Shown here: positions 17,586-26,958 of the stretch, piece by piece | How positions within the stretch are numbered: the first letter of the stretch is position 1 | Layout: every line of letters begins with the position of its first letter | DNA from: Oscillospiraceae bacterium | GTDB taxonomy: Bacteria; Bacillota; Clostridia; Oscillospirales; Oscillospiraceae | Assembly: GCA_045628845.1 (NCBI GenBank) | Contig: JAZQQE010000067.1 | Coordinates: 915 to 64,914, forward strand | Length of the DNA stretch: 64,000 nt | Reading direction: 5' to 3' | Position numbers and translations under genes: made by a program | Notes under the pieces: generated by a model | Database searches by the model: none | What the model saw: only the letters and a program-made list of their open reading frames with translations | What the model was told of the DNA's origin: nothing

Positions 17586-18856
17586 ATATAGAATCCGTCC
17601 GTTCCGAGCCTGCCGGGAAGAAGCGTCACGCGGCCGGGACATTCCCCGGCCCCCGGCAGCTCAAAGGGCTCCATGGTGAATTCGCGGTTTTCTGCGAGGA
17701 AGGTGTCCGTCACGCCCGCGTTCTCCGCTCCGATGAGCGTGCACGTCGAGTAAAGCAGTACGCCGCCCGGCTTCACGGCGCCCGCGAGGTTGCGGAGTAT
17801 CGCGAGCTGTTTTTCCGGGAGCGCCGCAACGGAGCCGAGGCTCTTGTATCGTATCTCCGGCTTCTTGCGCACCGTCCCGTAGCCGGAGCACGGCGCATCA
17901 CAAAGCACCGCATCGAAGCCTTCACCCGGCGCCTCGCGCGCCGCATCGCGGGCTTCTGCATGAATTATGTCAACTCCGAGCCGCTCCGCGCTCTCGCGTA
18001 TCGGCAGGAGCTTTTTTTCGCTTACGTCGCGCGAGGTGATGCTTCCCTCCCCGCGCAGTGCCATGGCGGCAGCAAAGCTCTTGCCGCCCGGAGAGGCGCA
18101 GGCATCGAGCACCCGCATCCCCGGCGTCAGATCCGCAGCAAGCACGGCGAGCGTCGCAGCAGGGTCCTGAACGAAGAACAGACCGTTCCGGAACGCTCCG
18201 AGCCTTTCAAGGCTTCCCGCGTCCGCGAGGATCACCGTCCCCGGCAGCCACGGATGCACCTCGGCGCTCACGCCCTCCTCCGCAAGTGCTTCAAGCAGCC
18301 CCGCGTCCGTCGTTTTCAGCGTGTTCGTGCGGGCGTACACGGGAGGCACCTCGTTCTGCGCGCGGAGAACTTCCTCCGCGGCTTCTATGCCATATTCGTT
18401 TACATAATATTCTGCGAGCTCTTTCGGGCAGCTGAATTCGATGCTCATGCGGTCGAGGCCACTCATGCCCTCCGGCTTGGGAGGCTGCCCATCCGCGGCT
18501 ATTTTGCGAAGCACGGCATTAGCCATGCCGGACGCAGCTTTGTTTACATAAGACTTGACGAGCCTTACTCCCTCGTCCACGGCCGCGGAGGCCGGGATAC
18601 GGTCGAAGTACGCTATCTGCGCCGCGGAAAGGCGCAGCGCATCGAGCATAACGGGATGGAGCTTATCGGCCGGTCTCGTCAGATAGAGGCCGAGCCACCA
18701 GTCGAGAAATATCGAATTCGTCAGCACGCAGGCGCATATCCTGCGCGCGAGCGACGCCTCGCGCGGGTCGAGGCCGAGCGCGTCTATCGTGCTCTCGGGC
18801 TGCTGACCCCTGCGGAACGCGCCGAGCGCCCTGAGCGCGGCTTCTCTTGCGTTCAT
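17558..18856 (-). CDS. rsmB: 16S rRNA (cytosine967-C5)-methyltransferase
   Basis: It has a NusB-like N-terminus plus DACASPGGKS, DAPCSGYGT and YSTCT motifs. Confidence 0.9.
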   Translation of the reverse strand: MNAREAALRALGAFRRGQQPESTIDALGLDPREASLARRICACVLTNSIFLDWWLGLYLTRPADKLHPVMLDALRLSAAQIAYFDRIPASAAVDEGVRLVKSYVNKAASGMANAVLRKIAADGQPPKPEGMSGLDRMSIEFSCPKELAEYYVNEYGIEAAEEVLRAQNEVPPVYARTNTLKTTDAGLLEALAEEGVSAEVHPWLPGTVILADAGSLERLGAFRNGLFFVQDPAATLAVLAADLTPGMRVLDACASPGGKSFAAAMALRGEGSITSRDVSEKKLLPIRESAERLGVDIIHAEARDAAREAPGEGFDAVLCDAPCSGYGTVRKKPEIRYKSLGSVAALPEKQLAILRNLAGAVKPGGVLLYSTCTLIGAENAGVTDTFLAENREFTMEPFELPGAGECPGRVTLLPGRLGTDGFYICRMRRKRI

Positions 18857-19764
18857 GCGAGCGGATGTCCGCGCAGATAGTCGGCAGCCTTCATGCGCTT
18901 GCCGCCCGCCGCCTGCAATTCGGTAATAACGACCGTCTTTCCGCCGCCGCAGGCGACCTCAAGGCCGTTTTTGTCGGCGCGGACCACGCTTCCGGGGGCC
19001 TTATCGGAATCCCCTCCGCGGTGCGCGGCATAGAGCTTGAATCTCACGCCGCAGATATCGGCGAATGCCGCCGGTGAGGGGCTGAGGCCCCTGACTTTAT
19101 TGATTATGTCAACCTGTTCCGCCGCCCAGTCCACGGGGCACATATCCTTCGTGACGGGCGGAGCATAGCTTGCTTTCGTTTCATCCTGCGGGACGGGAGT
19201 CACGGTGCCCGTGGCGAGACCCGACAGAGTTTCGAGCAGGAGCTCCGCTCCTACTCCGGCAAGCCTCGCGTAGAGCTCGCCGAAGCTCTCGTACTCCCCT
19301 ATCTCGACAGACCTCGAAAGGAGCGTCGCGCCGGTGTCCATTCCCTCGTCGAGCAGCATCGTTGTCACGCCGCCGACCTTGTCGCCGTTGAGCACGCTCC
19401 ACTGTACGGGAGCGGCGCCGCGGTACTGCGGCAGAAGCGAGCCGTGCACGTTCACGCAGCCCATGGGCGGCATCGTGAGGAGACTCTTCGGGAGCAGTCT
19501 CCCGAACGCAACGACGGCAAAGACGTCCGCATTGAACGAGCGCAGGAGCTCTTCCGTCTCCGCGGTTTTTATCTTCTCCGGGGTATAGACCGGCAGACCG
19601 AGCTCGAGCGCCGCCTGCTTGACGGGACTCGGGGTGAGCTTCATGCCGCGGTTTTTCGGGCTGTCCGGCTTGGATATGACCGCCGCGATATCGTACCCCG
19701 CGCCGTGAAGCGCGCGCAGGGACGCGACCGCGAAATCCGGAGTGCCCATGAATACTACTCTCAT
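18853..19764 (-). CDS. fmt: Methionyl-tRNA formyltransferase
   Basis: The sequence begins MRVVFMGTPDFAV, and the gene is in def-fmt synteny. Confidence 0.92.
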   Translation of the reverse strand: MRVVFMGTPDFAVASLRALHGAGYDIAAVISKPDSPKNRGMKLTPSPVKQAALELGLPVYTPEKIKTAETEELLRSFNADVFAVVAFGRLLPKSLLTMPPMGCVNVHGSLLPQYRGAAPVQWSVLNGDKVGGVTTMLLDEGMDTGATLLSRSVEIGEYESFGELYARLAGVGAELLLETLSGLATGTVTPVPQDETKASYAPPVTKDMCPVDWAAEQVDIINKVRGLSPSPAAFADICGVRFKLYAAHRGGDSDKAPGSVVRADKNGLEVACGGGKTVVITELQAAGGKRMKAADYLRGHPLA

Positions 19765-19772
19765 ACGCGCTT

Positions 19773-20288
19773 TCAGTCCTCTGCCTCTTCGGCTTCCGCC
19801 ATCGCGTCGACCTCATCGGGATCGAGGATGCGCTCGGCTCTCGTATCGAACAGCACTCCGTCAAGATGGTCTATCTCATGGCAAAAGGCGCGCGCGGTGA
19901 GGCCGTCGCCCTCGCGCTCAAACCAGTTGCCGTCTCTGTCCTGCGCGGCGATCTTGTCGTGCATCGGGCGCTTGACCATGCCCCACACACCGGGCAGGGA
20001 CAGACAGCCCTCCATGCCCTCCTGCTCGCCCTCACGTTCGAGGATGACGGGATTGATCATCTCGATGACCTCTTCCTCCTCGGTGTTGGTCTCTACGACG
20101 AGGCAGACGCGGCGCAGTACGCCGACCTGCGGGCCGGCGAGGCCGACTCCGTTGGCCTCGGCAAGGGTCTCCCTCATATCGTCGATGAGCGCGTGCAGGC
20201 GTTTGTCGAAGCTCGTGACCTGACGGCTCGTTTTAAGAAGCGACGGATCGCCCTTTTTAATGATGTTTCTGAGTCCCAAAACGATCAC
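19773..20288 (-). CDS. def: Peptide deformylase
   Basis: GVGLAGPQVG, EGCLS and HEIDH motifs are present. Confidence 0.92.
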   Translation of the reverse strand: MIVLGLRNIIKKGDPSLLKTSRQVTSFDKRLHALIDDMRETLAEANGVGLAGPQVGVLRRVCLVVETNTEEEEVIEMINPVILEREGEQEGMEGCLSLPGVWGMVKRPMHDKIAAQDRDGNWFEREGDGLTARAFCHEIDHLDGVLFDTRAERILDPDEVDAMAEAEEAED

Positions 20289-20289
20289 C

Positions 20290-22512
20290 TCAATCTATCG
20301 GATCGACGTCTCCGAAAAGCGAGACGCCGCGGAATCTCTTGTCCTTGGAATATTTTCTGACCGCCCCGGCGATAAGGCCTCTCACGGCAGGGTCGGGCGG
20401 GGAATCGACGTATACGCGGTAGCGGTAGCGGCCCTGCACCTTTACCACCGCGGCGGGCACCGGGCCGAGCACCCTTGCCTCGGAGGCCGGGCCGAGAGTC
20501 GTCATGAAGGCGGCCTTTATCTCGCGGCAGCAGGCTACGACACGGTCCTCATCCTCGCCGGAGGCAAACACCGCGTACTGCTCGGAAAAGGGCGGTGTGC
20601 CGCTGAGCTCGCGGAGCTTTATCTCGCTGCGGTAGAAGGCCTCGTAGTCCTGCGCGGCGGCGCAGCGGATGACCTCGTTTTCGGGCGTGAAGGTCTGTAT
20701 CACGGCACGGCCTGCCTTGCGGCCTCTGCCCGCTCTGCCTATGGCCTGCGTCACGAGGGAGAACGTGCGCTCCTGCGCGCGCCAGTCGCCGGAATAGAGC
20801 GTCTGGTCGGCGGAGAGGACTCCGACGAGCGTCACCTCGTCGAAATTGAGGCCCTTCGTGACCATCTGCGTGCCGACGAGGATCGGCACCTTGCGGCGGG
20901 TAAATTCGGATAGTATATCGTCGTGCGAGCGGGAGGCGGATACGCTGTCGGTATCCATGCGGAGCATCTCGACGCCCGGGAAGAGCTCCCCGAGCTCGTC
21001 CTCGACCCTCTGCGTGCCCGTGCCGACGAATTTGAGCCTGCCTCCGCACTGCGGGCAGACGTGCCCCGCAGGCTCTGAGTAGCCGCAGTAGTGGCACATC
21101 AGCCTCCCGTTCGCGCTGTGGTACGTCAGGTGCGCACTGCAATTCGGGCAGGAAAACAGGAAGCCGCAGTCGGGGCAGGATATAAGGCTGTTCGTTCCGC
21201 GGCGGTTGATGAACAGTATGGACTGCTCGCCGCGGGCTATGTTCCGTTCGAGCTCCTCGCGCAGACGGGCGCTGACACTTCCGCCGTTGCCCTTTTTGAG
21301 CTCGGCGCGCATATCGACGACCGTGACCTCGGGAAGCTCTTTTTCATTGTATCGCGTATTCAGGCGGAAATAATGATATTTCCCGCTTTCGGCGAAGTAC
21401 ATCGTTTCGACCGACGGCGTCGCCGAGCCGAAAAGCAGAAGTGCGCCCGAGCGGGCACAGATGAACTTCGCGACGTCGCGCGCGTGGTAGCGCGGATTCA
21501 TCTCGGATTTGTAGGTAAGCTCCTGCTCCTCGTCCATGATGAGGAGCTTCATATCCTTTATCGGCGCGAACACGGCGCTTCGTGTCCCCACGACGACGTC
21601 GACGAGCCCGTCGCGTATCCGGCGCCATTCGTCGAGCCTCTCGCCCGCCGTGAGCGAGCTGTGGAGGACGGCGACACGGTCTCCGAAATGGAGGCGGAAG
21701 GTCGCGACGACCTGCGGGGTGAGCGCTATCTCCGGGACGAGTACGGATGCTCTGCCTCCGGAGGCTATCGCGCGGGCTATGAGACGGATGTATACGGCGG
21801 TCTTGCCGCTGCCCGTCACTCCGCGCAGCAGCGCGGCGCAGGGCTTTCCGTCCATCAGCGCGGAGATACCGTCGTACGCGGCCTGCTGCTCCTGCGACAG
21901 GGACTCTATCGCGGGCGAGCCCGCCTCTGCGTAGGACGGTCTGCGGTATGCCGGGAGCTTGACGAGGCGGACGAGGCCCTGCTTTTCAAGTGCCTTGAGG
22001 CTTGCGCGCGGCGCGCCCGTGAAGTACACGAGCTCCTTTGCCGACGCCTCGCCGAGCGAAGCGAGCAATCGGAGCAGCTCCGCCTGCTGGGGCGCTTTTT
22101 TGGCCTTCTTCCCGGCTGCCGCAAGAGCCTCACCGGGCTCTACTGCAAGCCTCGCCATCTCGGTCGTCCTGTCTCCCGAGAGGTGCCATATGCCCGCGGG
22201 GAGCATCACGCGCACCGCGTCGTACAGCGTGCAGAAGAAGCGCGACTTCATCCATTTCGCAAGCTCGAGGTGCATCGGCGAGACGAGAGGATCCGCGTCC
22301 TCGACGCTCCGCAGCTCCTTCAGGCCCTCGCCTCCGCCCTCGCGGACGGCAAAGACGAAGCCCTCGACCACTCTGTTGCCTCCGGAAAACGGCACTTTTA
22401 CGCGCACTCCGGGCACCGTTCCCGCTTCAAGAGCAGAGGGCACGGCGTAGTCGTAGAGCTTGTCTATGGCGAAGGTCGCGGCATCTACGGCGACCGATGC
22501 GATAAGGGACAC
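20290..22512 (-). CDS. priA: Primosomal protein N' (replication restart helicase)
   Basis: It has Walker A GVTGSGKT, DEEQE and four CxxC zinc-binding pairs. Confidence 0.92.
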   Translation of the reverse strand: MSLIASVAVDAATFAIDKLYDYAVPSALEAGTVPGVRVKVPFSGGNRVVEGFVFAVREGGGEGLKELRSVEDADPLVSPMHLELAKWMKSRFFCTLYDAVRVMLPAGIWHLSGDRTTEMARLAVEPGEALAAAGKKAKKAPQQAELLRLLASLGEASAKELVYFTGAPRASLKALEKQGLVRLVKLPAYRRPSYAEAGSPAIESLSQEQQAAYDGISALMDGKPCAALLRGVTGSGKTAVYIRLIARAIASGGRASVLVPEIALTPQVVATFRLHFGDRVAVLHSSLTAGERLDEWRRIRDGLVDVVVGTRSAVFAPIKDMKLLIMDEEQELTYKSEMNPRYHARDVAKFICARSGALLLFGSATPSVETMYFAESGKYHYFRLNTRYNEKELPEVTVVDMRAELKKGNGGSVSARLREELERNIARGEQSILFINRRGTNSLISCPDCGFLFSCPNCSAHLTYHSANGRLMCHYCGYSEPAGHVCPQCGGRLKFVGTGTQRVEDELGELFPGVEMLRMDTDSVSASRSHDDILSEFTRRKVPILVGTQMVTKGLNFDEVTLVGVLSADQTLYSGDWRAQERTFSLVTQAIGRAGRGRKAGRAVIQTFTPENEVIRCAAAQDYEAFYRSEIKLRELSGTPPFSEQYAVFASGEDEDRVVACCREIKAAFMTTLGPASEARVLGPVPAAVVKVQGRYRYRVYVDSPPDPAVRGLIAGAVRKYSKDKRFRGVSLFGDVDPID

Positions 22513-22518
22513 TTCCGT

Positions 22519-22725
22519 TTACAGATATTCTCTGCGGATGGTGGCGCTGTATTTTCCCTCGGCTATCTCGTCGATGGCCATGGAAACGGGCTTCTGCTCG
22601 AGAGCCTCGCCGCGTTCCTCGGCCTCTTCGGCGATCTCGCGGGAGCGCTTGGCGATAACGTTTACGAGCAGGTATCTGCTGTTGACCTTCTCAAGAAGGG
22701 TACTCATGGGGGGATAGAGCATCAT
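22519..22725 (-). CDS. rpoZ: DNA-directed RNA polymerase subunit omega
   Basis: The sequence is ...MLYPPMSTLLEKVNSRYLLVNVIAKRSREI... The exact start among clustered ATGs (22734, 22725, 22722) is uncertain. Confidence 0.85.
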   Translation of the reverse strand: MMLYPPMSTLLEKVNSRYLLVNVIAKRSREIAEEAEERGEALEQKPVSMAIDEIAEGKYSATIRREYL

Positions 22726-22761
22726 GGCGAACATTTCCTTTCATGCGGGCCTGCGCCCGGA

Positions 22762-23355
22762 TCATTCAAAATAATATCTGCGTTCCGCAGTGCGGCATTT
22801 TTCCGCGGTCATTATGGCGACTGCCTCGTCAGCTGCCGTCTCGACGCGGTCGTTGATGATGACATACTGGTACATATCGACCTTCTCGCATTCGCGGCGG
22901 GCCTGCGCGAGGCGGTTTTTTATGACCTCCTCGGAGTCCGTGCTGCGCGCGCGGAGGCGTTCGGCGAGAATATCGAAGCTGCCGGGGAACAGGAATATGC
23001 CGATGGCGTCCGGTCTCTTTGCCATGACGGCGGCGGCGCCCTTCGTCTCTATGTCGAGTATCACGTCGAAGCCCGCGTCGAGCTTCTCGTCGACCGGTCC
23101 GGCAGGCGTCCCGTAGTAATTCCCGACGTACTCCGCCCATTCGAGCAGTTCGTCTTTCTCTATCATCTCTTTGAACTTGTCGTGGGAGACGAAGTGATAG
23201 TCTATTCCGTCGCGTTCGCCTCTGCGGGGCTCGCGCGTCGTCGCGGAAACGGAGAAATAGGTGTTGTCAAGCCTTTTGAGCAGGCGCGCTATCACCGTGC
23301 TCTTTCCCGCTCCGGACGGGCCGGATATTACGAAAAGCTTTCCTCTTTTATTCAT
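22762..23355 (-). CDS. gmk: Guanylate kinase
   Basis: This is ORF 22762..23379 with the start moved to ATG 23355 ([20 protein letters not shown]...). Confidence 0.92.
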   Translation of the reverse strand: MNKRGKLFVISGPSGAGKSTVIARLLKRLDNTYFSVSATTREPRRGERDGIDYHFVSHDKFKEMIEKDELLEWAEYVGNYYGTPAGPVDEKLDAGFDVILDIETKGAAAVMAKRPDAIGIFLFPGSFDILAERLRARSTDSEEVIKNRLAQARRECEKVDMYQYVIINDRVETAADEAVAIMTAEKCRTAERRYYFE

Positions 23356-23614
23356 CTTCCTGCTCCTCACCGTCCTCATCGGGCTCGCTCATGCGTCCTC
23401 CGACGGTCTCCGGCTGAAGAGCCGAGAGGATGATATGACCGCTGTCGGCGATGAGCACGGCGCGCGTACGTCTTCCGTAGGTCGCGTCGATGAGCATCCC
23501 CTGATCTCTCGCGTCGGATATGATGCGCTTGATGGGCGCGGATTCGGGGCTTACGACCGCCACGACCCGCTCCGCCGAGACCAGGTTTCCGAAACCGATG
23601 CTGAACAGCTTCAC
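23348..23614 (-). CDS. remA: RemA/DUF370 family regulator
   Basis: The sequence begins [32 protein letters not shown]. It occupies the conserved slot between yicC and gmk and has an acidic C-terminal tail. Confidence 0.85.
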   Translation of the reverse strand: MKLFSIGFGNLVSAERVVAVVSPESAPIKRIISDARDQGMLIDATYGRRTRAVLIADSGHIILSALQPETVGGRMSEPDEDGEEQEDE

Positions 23615-23626
23615 GGGGCCTTCCTC

Positions 23627-24505
23627 CTATTCGATATTCTGTATCTGCTCGCGGATCTTCTCTATCTCCGCCTTCATGTCAACGACTATGCGTGTGATGT
23701 CGAGATCCGTACATTTGGAGCCTATGGTATTCGTCTCGCGGTTCATCTCCTGAACGAGGAAATCGAGCTTCCTGCCGACGGCGCCGCCGCCCTCGAGCAT
23801 TCCGCGAAACTGCGTGATGTGGCTTCCGAGGCGGACTATCTCCTCGTCTACGTCCACCTTTTCGGCAAAGAGAGCGGCCTCGGTCAGGATGCGCTGCTCG
23901 TCGATGTCCTTCGTTTCGAGTATCTCCGTCATGCGCTTTGTGAGCTTCTCGCGCCACTGGGCGACGGATTCGGGCGAGCGCTTCGCGACGGCGAGACGCA
24001 TCGCGTCGAGATTGTCGAGCTTCGTGAGAAGGTCGGAGGCGAGCTTGTCTCCCTCGCGTCCGCGCATGGCGTTGAAGGCGTCTATCGCCTCGTTTACCAC
24101 CGCGGCGAGGTCCGCGGTGAACTGCTCGGCGTCAGCCTCCTGCTTTTCGACAGTGAACACGTCGGGCAGGCGGGAATAGAGCGACGCCGCGGTGTCGTTG
24201 CGGATGCCCCACTTTTCGTTCATCGTCTCGAAAGCGGCCTTGTAGGCCTCTATGAGCGGCTCGTTTATCATCACGGTGATGCAGCCCGTGCCGGCGTTTT
24301 CAACGCCGACCCACACGTCCACCTTGCCGCGGCCTACCTTGGCGGCGACGGCACCGCGCACCATGTCCTCCGCGTAGGAGTATACACGGGGCATGCGCAC
24401 GGACGTGTCGAGAAAGCGGTTGTTGACGCTTTTTAGCTCTACCGTGAGCGCAAGGTCTCCGGAGACGCCCTTGGCGCTTCCGTACCCTGTCATGCTTTTG
24501 ATCAT
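23627..24505 (-). CDS. yicC: YicC/YloC family stress-induced protein
   Basis: It has the MIKSMTGYG N-terminus and a length of 292 aa. Confidence 0.88.
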   Translation of the reverse strand: MIKSMTGYGSAKGVSGDLALTVELKSVNNRFLDTSVRMPRVYSYAEDMVRGAVAAKVGRGKVDVWVGVENAGTGCITVMINEPLIEAYKAAFETMNEKWGIRNDTAASLYSRLPDVFTVEKQEADAEQFTADLAAVVNEAIDAFNAMRGREGDKLASDLLTKLDNLDAMRLAVAKRSPESVAQWREKLTKRMTEILETKDIDEQRILTEAALFAEKVDVDEEIVRLGSHITQFRGMLEGGGAVGRKLDFLVQEMNRETNTIGSKCTDLDITRIVVDMKAEIEKIREQIQNIE

Positions 24506-24508
24506 CGG

Positions 24509-25018
24509 TCACTTCATCCTTTCGCGCACTCGGCGCACGTATATTCCGATAAGCCCGGAAAAGCAGAGATCGTATGCAAAAAATCCTATAACGACAATGG
24601 CCGCGATGAGGATCAGCGATTTGTCCGGCAGGACGAGGCCGCCCACGCCCAAGCGCACGAGCAGCAGTGCCGCGGCGAACACTATCGCGATGAGAACTAA
24701 TTTGAGGAGGTACTCCGCCGCGCGGCTTCTGAGGCGCTCGACGAGGCTCTTGACTATCGGATACCAGCCGAAGAGAAGGCAGAACATGACCGCTCCGTCC
24801 TTGGCCGGTGAGAGCACGAGCGCGAGCACCGCGGCGGCGATGAATTCGAGCACCGCGTAGAGATAGCCGCATTCGATGAGCGCGGCGGCGGTCGCAAGGC
24901 CCGCGACGGCGGCGAAAGCTATCCTCCCCGTCGGAAGCAGGGCGCCCACGACGAGTATGACGACCGCGACCGCGGCGCAGATGGCCGCGAGCGCGGGCTT
25001 TTTCACCTTGCCTCTCAT
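24509..25018 (-). CDS. Hypothetical small polytopic membrane protein (about 5 TM)
   Basis: 169 aa and hydrophobic throughout. It lies 1 nt downstream of the J-domain gene and 3 nt upstream of yicC. I recognised no family. Confidence 0.6.
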   Translation of the reverse strand: MRGKVKKPALAAICAAVAVVILVVGALLPTGRIAFAAVAGLATAAALIECGYLYAVLEFIAAAVLALVLSPAKDGAVMFCLLFGWYPIVKSLVERLRSRAAEYLLKLVLIAIVFAAALLLVRLGVGGLVLPDKSLILIAAIVVIGFFAYDLCFSGLIGIYVRRVRERMK

Positions 25019-25019
25019 G

Positions 25020-25625
25020 TCAGCAGCAGCGTATCAGGTCGCCGCCGAGGCACTCGCAGCAGCAGTCCGCCATGAGCATGGACGAGCAGCAGGAGCAGTA
25101 GTCCACACTGCCGCCCGTCGGCGCGGATCTGTAATACCCGCCCGCGTTCGACATGTAGTTGAGAGCCTGCGAATACTCGGCGTTCGTCGGGTCCATGCTG
25201 ACGGCCGTCGTATAGTACCTGCGTGCCTCGTCCATCCAGCCCTTGCGGTAGCAGATGCTGCCCATGAGGAAGTTCCACTCGGCGTTATGCTCGGACACGC
25301 CGCGGAGCAGCGTCTCCGCATAGGAGATGTTGCCGCTGTTTATAGCCTGACGCACCTGCGAATATATGCCGCCCTGAGTGCGGTAGCTCCCGGAGGCGGA
25401 GGACGATGACGACGTGCCGGAGGAGGAATAAGCATCCGTCTGGCCTCTCTGGATGGCCTCGTACGCCTCGTTTATCTCCTTCATCTTCTCCTGCGCGAGG
25501 TCCGCGAGAGGGTTGTCGTGGTAGTTGTCCGGATGGTACTTGCGGACAAGATCGCGGTACGCTTTCTTTACTTCTTCCGGCGACGCCGAAGGCGACACGC
25601 CCAGTACGCTGTAAGGATCCTTCAT
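25020..25625 (-). CDS. J-domain protein with TPR region and poly-cysteine C-terminal tail
   Basis: It has DPYSVLGV...[14 protein letters not shown] (HPD motif) and a TPR-like middle region. The last 25 residues, [25 protein letters not shown], contain 9 Cys. Confidence 0.8.
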   Translation of the reverse strand: MKDPYSVLGVSPSASPEEVKKAYRDLVRKYHPDNYHDNPLADLAQEKMKEINEAYEAIQRGQTDAYSSSGTSSSSSASGSYRTQGGIYSQVRQAINSGNISYAETLLRGVSEHNAEWNFLMGSICYRKGWMDEARRYYTTAVSMDPTNAEYSQALNYMSNAGGYYRSAPTGGSVDYCSCCSSMLMADCCCECLGGDLIRCC

Positions 25626-25646
25626 CTGTTTCTCCTGTTTTCTCTG

Positions 25647-26513
25647 TCAATGGAGCTCGCGCCTGCGGTCGGGCTTATACTCCCCGTCGAGCACGAGCTG
25701 TACGGTCGTCGGCAGACCGAGCGTGATGATGTTGCGCAGGACCGGAGTGTACTTCGTCTCCGGCAGGAGCTCGAAATCGGCCGCCATGAGCGCGAGCGAA
25801 TCCGTCAGGGTCTCGCGCAGGGCCTCCTTCTCCGTCTCGTCGAGCACTCCGTCGTCAAGATACCGCGCGGCTACGGCGTTGTACCTCTTCGCGGCTGCGT
25901 CCTCCCCGAGGTCGGAGTAGGCGTCGAGAATGTATATGACTCTGCCGGTATGGTAGAGTATCTGCGAGATTATCCTTGCGCGGTTTTCGTTTTCCGCGCA
26001 TTTGCCCGCTTCGGAGAGGCAAAGGGCGAACTTGTCCGCCACCATGTCGAGCGACCTGCATCCCGCGCGTTCGAGCTCGGCGAGCTCGGCGAGATTGCGC
26101 GTCACCGCCGCGTCGTATTCCGGCATCCCCGCCTTTTTCGCCCACGACTTCGCCGCGAGGTACTTCGGGCGCGCGCAGAGCCTTTTGAAAAAGCCCTCGT
26201 CGGCAAGCGTGTCGGCGAGCTTGCCGCGCGCGAGGATGACGGCAACGGCTGCGGCCTTGTCGAGCGCGGAGCAGGCGCAGCAGCACTTTTTCTTTCCGAG
26301 CGGCGATGCGGGACAGCGGCGGAGCTCGGTACACGTCTCGCCCGGCTCCCAGAGGAGCATGGCGAGGTAGGTCAGGTCGTAGCTCAGCGCGAAGCGTGCG
26401 AGCGGACCGAAGCCGCGCTTCAGGCTGTGGCAGAGGCCGCAGTACACGGCGCGGAAATCATCGTACTCTCGGACGAGGAGCTCGCCGCGGGCAGGCCGCA
26501 CGTAACCGTACAT
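25647..26513 (-). CDS. DUF5685-like protein (assignment from memory), cysteine-motif protein of unknown function
   Basis: The N-terminus is MYGYVRPARGELLVREYDDFRAVYCGLCHSL, and a second cluster reads CTELRRCPASPLGKKKCCCAC. Confidence 0.6.
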   Translation of the reverse strand: MYGYVRPARGELLVREYDDFRAVYCGLCHSLKRGFGPLARFALSYDLTYLAMLLWEPGETCTELRRCPASPLGKKKCCCACSALDKAAAVAVILARGKLADTLADEGFFKRLCARPKYLAAKSWAKKAGMPEYDAAVTRNLAELAELERAGCRSLDMVADKFALCLSEAGKCAENENRARIISQILYHTGRVIYILDAYSDLGEDAAAKRYNAVAARYLDDGVLDETEKEALRETLTDSLALMAADFELLPETKYTPVLRNIITLGLPTTVQLVLDGEYKPDRRRELH

Positions 26514-26526
26514 AGCCCTTCCCCCG

Positions 26527-26958
26527 TCAGCCTATCGCCGTGATGGTCACGTCGATGCTCTTGTTGCGTCTGCCGAATTTATTGACGGCAAACACGGCGG
26601 CAAGGCCTATCACGAAGCCGACGAGGCTTCCTATCAGAGCCCTGCCCTCGCCCGCTCCGAGGAGCGAAGCGACGACGTAGCCTATTATCAGCAGGGCGAG
26701 CGGCACTATATAGACCAGCACCGCCGCCGAAACTATCTTCTTCGAAGGAGTCTCTATGGTCACCGTCTCGCCGACCTTCGCCCCGATGGGGTTGGCGGCG
26801 ACGGAGGATATCGCTCCCGACGCGCCGCACAGGCTGCTGCACTCGGCGCAGTTATGTCCGCACGCGGACTGTCTTGTGACCTCCACGACCGCTCTGCCGT
26901 CCGGCAGGACCTTCTTGACTACGGCCTGCTGAGTCAAATCATCCACCTTCTTTTTCAT
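26527..26958 (-). CDS. RseC/MucC (SoxR-reducing system) family membrane protein
   Basis: This is ORF 26527..26994 with the start moved to ATG 26958 (MKKKVDD...). It has the Cys motif CGHNCAECSSLCG followed by two TM helices. Confidence 0.7.
   Translation of the reverse strand: MKKKVDDLTQQAVVKKVLPDGRAVVEVTRQSACGHNCAECSSLCGASGAISSVAANPIGAKVGETVTIETPSKKIVSAAVLVYIVPLALLIIGYVVASLLGAGEGRALIGSLVGFVIGLAAVFAVNKFGRRNKSIDVTITAIG

Noticed and set aside
21091-23433. A 780-aa plus-strand ORF.
   Set aside because: It is antisense to priA, rpoZ and gmk and crosses two intergenic gaps. It has no motifs.
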